Assembly: GCA_049431025.1 (NCBI GenBank)
Contig: JBMTCP010000004.1
Location: forward strand, 17,080 to 81,079
Direction of reading: 5' to 3'
DNA from: Bacteroidia bacterium
Lineage (GTDB): Bacteria > Bacteroidota > Bacteroidia > UBA7662
Length of the DNA stretch: 64,000 nt
The translations under genes were made by a program, and so were the position numbers. The number at the start of each line of letters is the position of its first letter. The first letter of the stretch is position 1. The notes under the pieces were generated by a model. The model saw nothing but the letters and a program-made list of their open reading frames with translations, had not been told where the DNA came from and did no database searches. Positions 1-9,668 of this stretch are shown here, piece by piece.

Positions 1-1153
1 TGTATTTGATGCGGATGTATTTGCCCTTGTAGGCAGGAGGCGGGTAGGCCCCTATTACTTCTTGCATGTATTCGTTCAGGGGGGCGGTGCTCACTTTATG
101 CGAACGCCTGGCGGCCACAGCAGCCATTTCGTCCAACAACTTGATGAGTCGCTGTTTTTCGAGGGCCGAAATGAAGAGAATAGGCAAATCATTGAAGGGT
201 GCCGTCTTTTGAAGCAATTCATCCCGGGTTCGATCCATCGTTTTGTGATCCTTGGTAATCAAGTCCCACTTATTGACGGCCAGAATGATGCCTTTTTGGT
301 GTTTTTGGGCCAAATGGAAAATATTGAGGTCCTGAGACTGCAATCCATCCCTGGCATCCACCAACAGAACCACGACATCGCAGTCCTCCAAGGTTCGCAG
401 CGTCCGCATAACCGAATAAAATTCAATATCCTCCTCCACCTTGGCCTTGCGACGTAAACCCGCGGTATCCATCATCAAAAAATGATGTCCAAAGGCCTTG
501 AGTTCGGAGTGAACCACATCGCGGGTTGTCCCTGCAACGTCCGATACGATACTCCGATCCTCCCCCAACAATGCATTGAGTAAGGTCGATTTTCCGACAT
601 TGGGGCGTCCCACCAAGGCAATTTTGGGGATGACCGATTCTTCGTTTTGGTTTTGGTCAGCCGGCAAGCGTTGCAAAACCTCATCCAGCAATTCACCTGT
701 TCCGGAACCGGTTTGGGATGAAACCGAATAAATCTCCCCAAGACCCAAAGCATAAAATTCGGCGGCCATGGATAAGCGTTCCCCATGATCCACTTTGTTA
801 ACCACCAGCAAAACCGGTTTGCGAGAACGACGAAGCTGGTCCGCCAATTCTGCATCCAAATCGGTAATCCCCGTTTGGACATCCACCATCATTAACAGCA
901 AATCCGCCTGCTCCATGGCGGCCTTAACCTGGAGGTTGATGGCACGTTCCATTGCATCTTCGGTTCCTTCGACAAACCCCCCGGTGTCAACCACCGTAAA
1001 AGTCTGCCCATTCCATTCAACCATGGCTCCATGACGATCCCGGGTAACCCCAGCAACATCGTCCACAATAGCTTTGCGTGAACCGGTTAAGCGGTTGAAC
1101 AAGGTGGATTTTCCAACATTGGGTCGGCCTACAATGGCAACAATTCGGCTCAT
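1..1153 (-). CDS. der: GTP-binding protein EngA/Der (tandem GTPase), C-terminally truncated by window edge
   Basis: Minus-strand translation from ATG (rc of 1151-1153) reads MSRIVAIVGRPNVGKSTLFNRL...; second G-domain KIALVGRPNVGKSTLLNALLGEDRSIVSDVAGTTRD; runs off position 1 (not in ORF track because no stop in window). Confidence 0.85.
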   Translation of the reverse strand, partial: MSRIVAIVGRPNVGKSTLFNRLTGSRKAIVDDVAGVTRDRHGAMVEWNGQTFTVVDTGGFVEGTEDAMERAINLQVKAAMEQADLLLMMVDVQTGITDLDAELADQLRRSRKPVLLVVNKVDHGERLSMAAEFYALGLGEIYSVSSQTGSGTGELLDEVLQRLPADQNQNEESVIPKIALVGRPNVGKSTLLNALLGEDRSIVSDVAGTTRDVVHSELKAFGHHFLMMDTAGLRRKAKVEEDIEFYSVMRTLRTLEDCDVVVLLVDARDGLQSQDLNIFHLAQKHQKGIILAVNKWDLITKDHKTMDRTRDELLQKTAPFNDLPILFISALEKQRLIKLLDEMAAVAARRSHKVSTAPLNEYMQEVIGAYPPPAYKGKYIRIKY

Positions 1154-1179
1154 ATTTGGTGGGTCTTGGGTTGGATAAT

Positions 1180-2118
1180 TTATTCGGCGGTATAACCAAA
1201 ATATTTGAGCATTCGCTGGTCATCACGCCAATCGTTACGGACTTTGACATGCAAACCAAGGTAGACAGGTCGCCCCCAGAATTTTTCCATTTGTAAACGA
1301 GCCGCCGTGCCTACGGCTTTGAGCGCTGAGCCTTTGGATCCAATAACAATACCTTTTTGACTATCCCGCTCTACGTAAATGGTGCATTCAATCCGAAGTA
1401 TTTTTTCTTCTTCTTTGAACGACTCGGTGACCACATGACTGGCGTAAGGAATTTCCTGGTGATATTTCAAAAAAATCTGCTCCCTAACCCATTCCGATGC
1501 CATGACCCGGTCGGTCAGGTCGGTTAATTGCTCCGGATCAAAATATGGCGGGTGCACAGGCAAAACACCCAACATCCAGGACCGCAGTTCATCGACCCCC
1601 TCCCCGTTTATACATGAAGTCAACAAAGTGGGTAAACCCGCAAAAGCTTTTTGCCATAACAAAACCTGGGCCTCCCTTGAAGAAGCATCAAGGGTATCGG
1701 CCTGGTTCAGCACCAGCAAGACCGGTAAAGTCGGGGGCAATAGACGGGGCAAAAAAGTCTCGAACTCCGGGTTATCCCGAAGATCGGCTACCCAAACCAA
1801 GGCATCGGCATCTTCGAGAGCCGTTTCAATACTACGGGTCATCATGCGCTGCAAGGCGTATCGGGCTTCCAAATAACCCGGGGTATCCCCTATGATAAGT
1901 TGATACGCATCACCCTGAAGCATGCCCAAACAGCGTGAACGGGTGGTTTGGGCCTTGGGAGTAACAATCGACAAGGGCTCCCCCACCAAGGCATTGAGTA
2001 GACTGGACTTTCCTGCATTGGGTTTACCCAAAAGATTAATAAACCCGGCCTTGAAATTCGGTTCGTTTGGCGGCACCAATCCGTTGGAGGCATCGCTAAT
2101 TGTGGAGGTCGTGTTCAT
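1180..2118 (-). CDS. era: GTPase Era (G domain + C-terminal KH domain)
   Basis: GKPNAGKSSLLNALVG P-loop, DTPG, NQAD motifs; C-terminal KH-like region; directly upstream of der on same strand. Confidence 0.9.
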   Translation of the reverse strand: MNTTSTISDASNGLVPPNEPNFKAGFINLLGKPNAGKSSLLNALVGEPLSIVTPKAQTTRSRCLGMLQGDAYQLIIGDTPGYLEARYALQRMMTRSIETALEDADALVWVADLRDNPEFETFLPRLLPPTLPVLLVLNQADTLDASSREAQVLLWQKAFAGLPTLLTSCINGEGVDELRSWMLGVLPVHPPYFDPEQLTDLTDRVMASEWVREQIFLKYHQEIPYASHVVTESFKEEEKILRIECTIYVERDSQKGIVIGSKGSALKAVGTAARLQMEKFWGRPVYLGLHVKVRNDWRDDQRMLKYFGYTAE

Positions 2119-2184
2119 TGAAGATGGTCCGAAGCGTCAAAGAAGGCCCTAAACGCGACATCGGGCACAAATATCGTTGATAAT

Positions 2185-2215
2185 TTGGGGTACAGCGAAA
2201 AAATCTGTATCTTTG
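2185..2215 (+). promoter_or_regulatory. Bacteroidota sigma-A type promoter (-33 TTTG 2185-2188; -7 TATCTTTG 2208-2215) upstream of tRNA-fMet
   Basis: TTTG ... 19 nt spacer ... TAnnTTTG motif, 14 nt upstream of mature tRNA 5' end. Confidence 0.35.
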
Positions 2216-2228
2216 CAGTCCAATTTAT

Positions 2229-2301
<73 letters not shown>

Positions 2302-2349
2302 CAACCCCAAAGCCGACCCTCAGGTCGGCTTTGTTCTTCCTAGGCCCAA

Positions 2350-2424
2350 GGTCTCGTAGTACAACGGATAGTATGTGGGTTTCCGGAGCCTAAGATGCAG
2401 GTTCGATTCCTGCCGAGACCACCA
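2350..2424 (+). tRNA. tRNA-Arg (anticodon CCG), CCA encoded
   Basis: Acceptor GGTCTCG/CGAGACC, D-stem GTAC/GTAT, anticodon stem TGGGT/GCCTA with loop TTCCGGA, T-arm GCAGG-TTCGATT-CCTGC, discriminator A + CCA. Confidence 0.7.
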
Positions 2425-2444
2425 CCAACCAAAAGCATGGGGAC

Positions 2445-2475
2445 AAAAAAAGGGCCAACCCTTCCGGATTGGCCC
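2445..2475 (-). terminator. Rho-independent terminator for minus-strand PKD/T9SS gene
   Basis: Minus strand: GGGCCAA-TCCGGAAGG-G-TTGGCCC hairpin (7 bp GC-rich stem) followed by TTTTTTT, 20 nt after stop codon at 2496. Confidence 0.5.
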
Positions 2476-2495
2476 TCGATTGGGGGAACGTGTAC

Positions 2496-4034
2496 CTATT
2501 GCTTTACAAAGCGCTTATACTCCCGCTTTCCATCACGATCCAGCGTCAACACGTACGTACCCGCAGGCCACTCATGAACCTGCAATGACTCGAGACGTGT
2601 TACGGAACTAGCCTTGAAGGTATGAGAGGCGACGATGCGACCGGTTAAATCCATGATTTTCAATACCCCCTGACCCTGACTGGCCCCCAGAACCAAATGC
2701 AAGGTTTCATGAACCGGGTTGGGGTACAATTCCAAACCTTGAACCGAACGAACGGCCGGCTGCGCCGGAGAAGCTACGCGCGGTGCGCCTACCCCTCCTC
2801 CGGAGGCACGCAATGTACTGGCCACCAAGGTATCACAACGCATGGAGGTACAATTCGCCGCAGAATCTACCACCGTAAGGCATACGGTATAGGACGCTGC
2901 CGAGGCATAGGTATGGCGAACTACAGGTCCGGATGCGGAAGTGCCATCCCCAAAATTCCAGGAATACGAACGGCGGGCCAGTGCTGGGCGGGCAGCAAAT
3001 ACGTAACCCAAAGGTTGGGTATCGGTAGCCACCAAATAACGTGCTTGACATGGCGATGCCGGTGGAACCGGTCTTGGGTTAGTAATCACCCGCGGTCTCC
3101 GGTACCCAGGTAGTGAAATTCGCATCCATGCGGTATCAGAACAGGATGTATTGGGGGTGGAACCCAGGCGCGATACAGTCAAAACCACCACATAAGTACC
3201 CGCTGCAGCGTAGGTATGGGAAGGATTTCTACCGTTAAATGTAGATCCATCGCCAAAATTCCACATGTATTGGGCGGTCGTATCCTGCAAAACCGATCGA
3301 AATTGAGCCGTCAGTGTGGTGTCCACTCGGACCCCAAAACGAGGGTTGCAGGGAATGCTCCAAGGATTGGAAACCGGTGGACGGGGCGGTGCAGGGATAT
3401 TGATGACCCGCGATTCGGTATCGGAACAGGATGCTCCGGCCGTGGACGAAATTCGGTTGACGACCAAACGAACGGTGTAGATTCCACTGCTGGCGTAGGT
3501 ATGCGATGGTGAGACCAGATTGGACGTTGTGCCGTCCCCAAACGACCACCGGTAGGTCCATTGGGTATCCAGGACCGCAGGAGAAAAGCGAAAGCTCAAG
3601 GCATTGGTATCGGGACGAAATCCAAAAGCGGCATTGCAAGGCCTTAGTGGAGGTGGAGGTGGAGGATTGGGAATCCGAACACGGCATTGGACCGTGAAGT
3701 TGCGGGTCGCTGCAAGGCTACCGCTGTACAGGAGCGAATCAACATACACGTTGCCGGCACAATCCACAACCCGCATACGCAATACCCCCGAACTACGGCC
3801 TAAAACCCTCAAGGTATAAAAGCCGTTTTGGGCAGAAGCCGTATGACCAAAGACATAAGGCTGCGCTGCGGTATCCCAAACCATGATCTGAGCCCCGACC
3901 ACCCCCAATCCCGCGGTATCGACCACGCGGCCGTTGAGCACCAATTGCGAACGTGTAGAGGGGGCGATTTGAGCACCAGCCCAACCGATTAACAGGAGAT
4001 TCATCAAGAATAATAGACGGTATTTCATGGTCAA
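2496..4034 (-). CDS. Secreted PKD-repeat protein with T9SS type-A C-terminal sorting domain
   Basis: N-terminal signal peptide (MKYRLLFLMNLLLIGWAGAQ); repeated WSFGDGT/NFGDGS..NPSHTY PKD motifs; poly-Pro linker; C-terminal LYPNPVHETLHLVL...KIMDLTGRIV...YVLTL CTD. Confidence 0.8.
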   Translation of the reverse strand: MTMKYRLLFLMNLLLIGWAGAQIAPSTRSQLVLNGRVVDTAGLGVVGAQIMVWDTAAQPYVFGHTASAQNGFYTLRVLGRSSGVLRMRVVDCAGNVYVDSLLYSGSLAATRNFTVQCRVRIPNPPPPPPLRPCNAAFGFRPDTNALSFRFSPAVLDTQWTYRWSFGDGTTSNLVSPSHTYASSGIYTVRLVVNRISSTAGASCSDTESRVINIPAPPRPPVSNPWSIPCNPRFGVRVDTTLTAQFRSVLQDTTAQYMWNFGDGSTFNGRNPSHTYAAAGTYVVVLTVSRLGSTPNTSCSDTAWMRISLPGYRRPRVITNPRPVPPASPCQARYLVATDTQPLGYVFAARPALARRSYSWNFGDGTSASGPVVRHTYASAASYTVCLTVVDSAANCTSMRCDTLVASTLRASGGGVGAPRVASPAQPAVRSVQGLELYPNPVHETLHLVLGASQGQGVLKIMDLTGRIVASHTFKASSVTRLESLQVHEWPAGTYVLTLDRDGKREYKRFVKQ

Positions 4035-4122
4035 AGATTTTGGTCTTTAGGACTACCAAGTTAGGATGAATGTTTAACCTTACCGTTCCAAAAATCAAAT
4101 TTTAATCTCCCGTTTAACCCAA

Positions 4123-4150
4123 AGGTGCTAAGAAAGCCCAAAGCCGGGCT
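4123..4150 (-). terminator. Possible intrinsic terminator overlapping stop of TerC-family gene
   Basis: AGCCC-GGCTTT-GGGCT hairpin on minus strand followed by TTTCTT. Confidence 0.25.
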
Positions 4151-4925
4151 ATTTCAGGCGAGAACGGGAACGACGTCCAAGTAAGACGGGACCCGCGAAA
4201 AGTGCCAGGGTAAGCATCGAAAAACCCATATCGGCCCAATGACCAGCCTCCGGATGCTCCAGAGCCGAACCTAAAATTGGCATATCCTTGGCATTGGCCG
4301 CCACCCAATCCCCAAGGCATAATTTAAGTCCCAATAGACCGATGACGAGGTAGGCGGAGTGCTCCAAACGAGGGTAACGCTCCATCATTCCAATAAAGGA
4401 CTGAGCGACAAAACGCATCGCGAGAATACCGATAAAAACCCCGGTGTAGAGCAAAATCAATGCTCCTTGCTTTTGCTCCGGGCTAGCGTAAAGACCCGGG
4501 TCAGCGAAGGCTACCGCCACCAGGACATTATCGACCGAAAAAGCCAAATCCATTAATTCAATGCTCAGAACCGTCCACCAAAATCCCCGAGTCGAACCTT
4601 TCCCTCCTTGGTCGATGCCCGCTACTTGTTGTGAAGAGCGACCAAAATGGCGGTACACCAAATAAAGCAAATAGGCCCCACCCAGAGGTTTTAGCCACCA
4701 AAGATTCAGCATCCAACCCGCCAACAACAGACACAATCCTCGAAATACGTAGGCTCCGATCAATCCGTACCGAAGGGCTTTACCACGCTGATGAGCGGGA
4801 AGTCGCATAGCCATGCTGGCTAAGACTGCCGCATTGTCCACCGAAACCAAGGTTTCGAGCAGAACCAGATTGCCTAACGTGAGCAAGGCTTTTGACCAAG
4901 GTATACCCCAAAAATCCAACATCAC
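4149..4925 (-). CDS. TerC/DUF475-family integral membrane protein
   Basis: Polytopic hydrophobic protein with repeated ...SVDN... motifs (LETLVSVDNAAVLAS; LAFSVDNVLVAVAF) typical of the TerC/Alx family. Confidence 0.65.
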   Translation of the reverse strand: MMLDFWGIPWSKALLTLGNLVLLETLVSVDNAAVLASMAMRLPAHQRGKALRYGLIGAYVFRGLCLLLAGWMLNLWWLKPLGGAYLLYLVYRHFGRSSQQVAGIDQGGKGSTRGFWWTVLSIELMDLAFSVDNVLVAVAFADPGLYASPEQKQGALILLYTGVFIGILAMRFVAQSFIGMMERYPRLEHSAYLVIGLLGLKLCLGDWVAANAKDMPILGSALEHPEAGHWADMGFSMLTLALFAGPVLLGRRSRSRLK

Positions 4926-4935
4926 CGGATAGCCA

Positions 4936-7650
4936 TTAACGTTCGTTAATGCGAAGTATTTTTTGGGTCAAGCTGCCCTGATTAGTTCGCAAAATCACAT
5001 GGTAGAAACCCTCAGACCACGAACTTGTATTTAAACTCAAGGTTGACCTATCGATTGAAACATCCCCCTGATAGGGTGAATGAGGCCCATAGACCACCCT
5101 ACCGACCGCATCCACCACACGGATTTCCAAAACATCCGGCCAAGAGCCCCCGACCCAGCTTAGGGAAAGCCTGTCACCGAAGGGATTTAGGACCTTTAAG
5201 CCATGGAGGATTGGGGACTGTTCTTCGGTCATTGGGATACCCGTAACAAAATACTGATAGGGAGAACTCAACAAGGTCAAACAGGAATCGGTGCCTAGTT
5301 GAACGGTGTAAAATCCACTTCGCGGTGGGCGAATCGAGCGCGAGTTCAAAGCCGGCAACCAGTTGCCATCGACATACCACTGGTAGGTGGTTCCACGGTA
5401 CCAGGAAAACAAGGAATCCGGGTGGTATTGGCGAATTTCGGAAGGGGCCTGGGCCGTCACCCGAATTTGAAAAGAATCCGTCAGCACACAGCCCAAATCG
5501 TTGACCGAATACACGATCGTGTGCAAGCCGGCACCAGCCTGGACAGGCGAAAAAATACCAAAACTCACTCCAGGCCCGCTATACGAACCTCCACTAACCG
5601 ACGCATTGGCCAAGATGACATTGAGATCACCGGGACAGTAGGGACCCAATGCGGAAAAGGCCAACGGCTGAGGTTGGCGAACCACCAAGGCCCGCCAAAG
5701 GGTATCCCTGCATCCGTTGCTGTCCACCACGGCATACCCAACTGGATGGGTTCCTGCGCCCAAATTGCGCAATTGAACCACCCCGTTCACGACCCCGCTA
5801 CCCACATAAATTCCCCCAGCTGGGCTACCCCCAACCAAACGCAGGGTATCCCTATCCAAACAAACGGGCGCAGGTGCTGGAAAACCCAATCCTGGCAAAG
5901 CCCGAACCTGAACCTGCACCGAATCGCTCCCCGTGCATCCCAGGGAATCGCTGTAGACATAACGCAAGGTGTGCACCCCTACCCCGGCAACACGCGGATC
6001 AAAGAATGACCCGGAAACCCCGGGGCCACTAAAGTTACCAAGAGTGGGCGTCCCTGATAAAGCCACCGGACCGTTGTTACGGCACAAAGGCGACAGGGGT
6101 GCAAGGGTTACGCTGGGTGTTGCATGAACCCGAATCCAAGCCGTGTCTCGGCTCGTACAAGAACCTCCCAGCGTGTATACGATCGGGTGCAGACCAGGTC
6201 CTGCCAATGCGGGCGAAAATCGGCCCAAACTGTCCAAACCCGTTCCGCTGTAAACTCCACCACGCGGATGACCGGCGGTCAAGAATCGGGGAGAAGCTTC
6301 CTGACAAAGTGGTAACAACGTATCCAAGTTTGCCACCAGGGCATTCATGACCCGAACGGCTCCGGACATGACCAACGTATCCGATCCTGCGCTGTTGGAA
6401 GCCACCAGAGTAACCGAATAAACCCCTACACTATCGTAACGAACAGGGACAGGGAATTGGTTGGTATCGCTGGCCGGTATTCCACCCGGAAAGGACCATT
6501 GCCAACGGGTGGGCCGGTTCAAACTCTGGTCCCTGAATTGCACCGTTCCACCGGGACAAAGGGTATCCGCACTTTGAAACCAGGCTGCAGCCGGGACCAC
6601 ATCGGGGGGTATACAAGCTGGGGAACTTAACAACGAATTGCGCCGAGGGGAATTCTGTAAAACGGTCCACATACGGGCCACCTGATTAGCCGTGAATAAA
6701 TTCATGCAAGCATCGTTGGTGTAATCCATGTAATTCTGGACCATATCCAAGCCACCACAGGATGCATGCGTCAATGGGCAACCGTAATTGGCGGCATCCG
6801 AAGGCGGGGTATCGGCACAGAAATCGGTGGCCGTACAATTGTTACCATCCCCCCATATATGCCGAAGACCCAAGGCATGACCTATTTCATGGGTGGCGGT
6901 TCGTCCCAAATTGTATTGACCCGGAAAGGGGTTTTGCGGAGGACGACCCACACTGGAATACAAAAGCACAATTCCGTCCGTGTTGGCATTGGTCCCCCCC
7001 GATAACCCTGGCAAACCGCTCCCGGTTGGAAACTGGGCATAACCCAGAACACCGCCGCTAAGGTTGGCAATCCAAATATTGTAATAAAGGTTAGGGTTCC
7101 AACGGGTGGCCGGCTTGACTGTTCCGTCGAATTGACCCGTGGACCACGAAGCCCTTTGCTGAAAACGATGGCGAATAATGCCGGTGGTGTTTTGGCCCAG
7201 GGTATCCCGACGGGCCAAGCAAAATTCAATGTTGGGGTATCCTGCCACAGCCGCAAAACCCGGCGGGGTATTCACGGTGTCTGCATTGAGTCTGCGAAAA
7301 TCTTCGTTAAGGATTTGGATCTGCGATAAGACCTGCTGATCGGAAATGTTCCAAACATCGGTTTCGTTTTGGTAGATGATATGAACCACAACCGGTATGG
7401 TGTACAGGGTAGAAGGAGAAAAAGCCCCACCGGATGCGGAATGGGATTCCCTTAACTTACCGGCCATCCAGTCCTCAAACTGGGCATCGGTTTCCGGCCA
7501 AAGACCCTGATCCCGCATTTGATTCATAACGGTGGTGGTCGCACAGCGAACCACTGACGTGTTTCCCTGGGCCATGGCTGAGCGTACCATCCAACCAAGC
7601 AATGCCAGGGTCATAACCAACCCCAACCGCGTACTATTCCATGTGAACAT
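4936..7650 (-). CDS. M43 (pappalysin/ulilysin-like) zinc metalloprotease with Ig-like repeat domains and T9SS C-terminal domain
   Basis: HEIGHALGLRHIWGDG metzincin motif (HExxHxxGxxH) followed by Cys-rich region; signal peptide from internal Met (MFTWNSTRLGLVMTLALLGWMVRSAMAQ); multiple ~100-aa beta-sandwich repeats; C-terminal KVLNPFGDRLSLSW...VVDAVGRVV CTD. Confidence 0.85.
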   Translation of the reverse strand: MFTWNSTRLGLVMTLALLGWMVRSAMAQGNTSVVRCATTTVMNQMRDQGLWPETDAQFEDWMAGKLRESHSASGGAFSPSTLYTIPVVVHIIYQNETDVWNISDQQVLSQIQILNEDFRRLNADTVNTPPGFAAVAGYPNIEFCLARRDTLGQNTTGIIRHRFQQRASWSTGQFDGTVKPATRWNPNLYYNIWIANLSGGVLGYAQFPTGSGLPGLSGGTNANTDGIVLLYSSVGRPPQNPFPGQYNLGRTATHEIGHALGLRHIWGDGNNCTATDFCADTPPSDAANYGCPLTHASCGGLDMVQNYMDYTNDACMNLFTANQVARMWTVLQNSPRRNSLLSSPACIPPDVVPAAAWFQSADTLCPGGTVQFRDQSLNRPTRWQWSFPGGIPASDTNQFPVPVRYDSVGVYSVTLVASNSAGSDTLVMSGAVRVMNALVANLDTLLPLCQEASPRFLTAGHPRGGVYSGTGLDSLGRFSPALAGPGLHPIVYTLGGSCTSRDTAWIRVHATPSVTLAPLSPLCRNNGPVALSGTPTLGNFSGPGVSGSFFDPRVAGVGVHTLRYVYSDSLGCTGSDSVQVQVRALPGLGFPAPAPVCLDRDTLRLVGGSPAGGIYVGSGVVNGVVQLRNLGAGTHPVGYAVVDSNGCRDTLWRALVVRQPQPLAFSALGPYCPGDLNVILANASVSGGSYSGPGVSFGIFSPVQAGAGLHTIVYSVNDLGCVLTDSFQIRVTAQAPSEIRQYHPDSLFSWYRGTTYQWYVDGNWLPALNSRSIRPPRSGFYTVQLGTDSCLTLLSSPYQYFVTGIPMTEEQSPILHGLKVLNPFGDRLSLSWVGGSWPDVLEIRVVDAVGRVVYGPHSPYQGDVSIDRSTLSLNTSSWSEGFYHVILRTNQGSLTQKILRINER

Positions 7651-7743
7651 ATCTTGTCGTTCAGGCTTTATCCTAAACGGAGGCAATTTAGGGCAGGAGG
7701 CCCTAAACTTGCAGGGTTTTGAAGCGACTTTAATGCAGAATCC

Positions 7744-8757
7744 ATGGCAATACTAGGTCAATCGGTGCAGGAGGCCGGTCGTTGGCTTCGCGAAGGCTGG
7801 CCGGTAGGCGTTCCCACCGAAACCGTCTACGGACTGGCTGCGAACGCCTGCGATTCCGCAGCCTTGAGAAGGGTCTTTGAAACCAAAAAACGTCCTTTAG
7901 CCGATCCACTAATTGTTCATTTGAGCCGGGTAAGCGAATTGTCACGCTATGCCTTGGATGTGCCCGACCTGGCTTTGGCTTTGCTGGATAAATTCAGCCC
8001 CGGACCCTTGACCCTGATTCTACCCAAAGGCCCGGACCTTGCCATGGAGGTTTCGGCCGGGCTCCAAACCGCAGGATTTAGGATACCTGCTCACCCCCTG
8101 ATGTTGGATTTGTTAGCGAGCTTGGATTTCCCTCTGGCAGCACCCTCGGCCAACTTGTTTGGTCGTACCAGCCCGACCACCGCGGAGCATGTGGAGGAAC
8201 AGCTGGGCACCTTGATCCCCTATATCCTGGACGGAGGGCCCTGCCGAATAGGTGTGGAGTCCACTGTCCTGGACTTGAGCGGTGTGAAACCGGTTCTGCG
8301 CCGGGAGGGTGGTTTAAGTCTTGACACCTTGGAGTCGTTTTGTGGTGAAAAAATTCAGCGAGATACCGGGTCAAATCGCGAACGCGATGCCCTTCGCTCT
8401 CCAGGCACCCTACTTCACCATTATGCGCCGGATGTTCCCCTGCGTTTATTCCAGAATGACGAAGATCTTGACCGTTGGCTGCATCAAACCAACTTGGAAT
8501 ACCGACACAAAGTCCAACCCTCCCTGCTTCGGTTTGACCAAGAATACAGCAACCCTATCGCGCGTGGTTGGCCTCAAGAAATTTTGAGCCTTCAAGGGGA
8601 TGTCCATGAGGCCGCGCATAATCTATTTGCAGCCTTGCGAAGGCTCGAAAAAATTTCAGGACTAATCTTGGCCCAAAAAGTACCTCAAAAGGGTCTGGGC
8701 TATGCGGTAAACGACCGGCTGTTCAGGGCATCCCTCAAGGAATCCCTTGACGCTTGA
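7744..8757 (+). CDS. tsaC: L-threonylcarbamoyladenylate synthase (Sua5/YrdC type, t6A biosynthesis)
   Basis: YrdC domain motif PTETVYGLAANA plus ~130-aa Sua5 C-terminal extension; 337 aa. Confidence 0.85.
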   Translation: MAILGQSVQEAGRWLREGWPVGVPTETVYGLAANACDSAALRRVFETKKRPLADPLIVHLSRVSELSRYALDVPDLALALLDKFSPGPLTLILPKGPDLAMEVSAGLQTAGFRIPAHPLMLDLLASLDFPLAAPSANLFGRTSPTTAEHVEEQLGTLIPYILDGGPCRIGVESTVLDLSGVKPVLRREGGLSLDTLESFCGEKIQRDTGSNRERDALRSPGTLLHHYAPDVPLRLFQNDEDLDRWLHQTNLEYRHKVQPSLLRFDQEYSNPIARGWPQEILSLQGDVHEAAHNLFAALRRLEKISGLILAQKVPQKGLGYAVNDRLFRASLKESLDA

Positions 8758-8776
8758 AGGCCGGCGAGGTTGGGCC

Positions 8777-8863
8777 TTAGTCGTGGTGTTCCTTGGTGTA
8801 CTTGGTCAGTACAAAGACAAAACCACCTAAAGCGGTCACTGCAAAAAGAATCCATCCGATCAT
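8777..8863 (-). CDS. Unannotated 28-aa single-TM micro-protein (MIGWILFAVTALGGFVFVLTKYTKEHHD)
   Basis: Hand-translated minus-strand ORF ATG(rc 8861-8863) to TAA(rc 8777-8779); strongly hydrophobic core followed by charged tail; sits in 165-nt gap between tsaC and rsmI; below ORF-track size cut-off. Confidence 0.3.
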   Translation of the reverse strand: MIGWILFAVTALGGFVFVLTKYTKEHHD

Positions 8864-8921
8864 AGCCTATTGGGGTTGTTTTTGAGAGGACTAAATTACG
8901 AAGAAAGTCCTTTGACCAAAC

Positions 8922-9662
8922 TTAGGGGCATTGCAAAAGAAAAACACAGGGCCTCTTGTGAAGATTAGGAAATTTTCCAAGTGCCCAAAGCGTATTCCAC
9001 TCGGCCACCGTGCAGGTTTTGATCCATTCGCGATGTCCGCCGGTCAACTCGCAAGCGATGCAAAGCAACGTAGAGGGCTTCAGGCAACGAAGGGCTGTTT
9101 CTACCAGGGCCTGGTTGCGGTATGGGGTCTCGATCCAAACTTGGGTTTGGCGGGTTCGATGCGAACGTTGTTCCAATTCCCTTAGGTCTCGCATGCGCTC
9201 GGTGGGCTTAACCGCCAAATAACCGTGAAATTCCATGCGTTGACCGTTTAGTCCGCTGGCCATCCACGCCAACAATAGGCTGGAAGGGCCGCTTACCGGT
9301 TCTACCCTCCAACCCCGGCGGTGTACTTCCAAAACCAAACCCGAACCAGGATCGGCCAAAACCGGACATCCGGCATCGGAAAGTAGCCCCATGGAATACC
9401 CCTTGAGCATGGGTTCCAAATAAACGTTATAGTCCGGTTCCTGATGATGTTCGTTCAGCACCATGGTTTGGTAAACCTGAAGGTCAACCCCCGGTAAAAT
9501 TCGACGAATCATTCGACGGGATTCCCGTTCGGACTCGACCACCAGGTGACGGATTTCTCCCAGCACCTTGGCCACCTTCTCGCCCAAATGATCCAATCCA
9601 AACTCCGCATCCAACAACGATGGCAAAAGATAAAGTACCGGCTGCATGGGTGAACTTTCCAT
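8922..9662 (-). CDS. rsmI: 16S rRNA (cytidine1402-2'-O)-methyltransferase RsmI-like (tetrapyrrole-methylase fold)
   Basis: LYLLPSLL...SDAGCPVLADPG motif characteristic of RsmI/YraL family. Confidence 0.75.
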   Translation of the reverse strand: MESSPMQPVLYLLPSLLDAEFGLDHLGEKVAKVLGEIRHLVVESERESRRMIRRILPGVDLQVYQTMVLNEHHQEPDYNVYLEPMLKGYSMGLLSDAGCPVLADPGSGLVLEVHRRGWRVEPVSGPSSLLLAWMASGLNGQRMEFHGYLAVKPTERMRDLRELEQRSHRTRQTQVWIETPYRNQALVETALRCLKPSTLLCIACELTGGHREWIKTCTVAEWNTLWALGKFPNLHKRPCVFLLQCP

Positions 9663-9668
9663 TCGGTG

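Noticed and set aside
62-457. 131-aa plus-strand ORF
   Set aside because: Lies entirely antisense to the well-supported der GTPase gene. Composition mirrors the der codon pattern. It is spurious.
3640-3675. GGAGGTGGAGGTGGAGG simple repeat
   Set aside because: Encodes the poly-proline linker (NPPPPPPP) of the PKD protein on the opposite strand. It is not a CRISPR/VNTR element.
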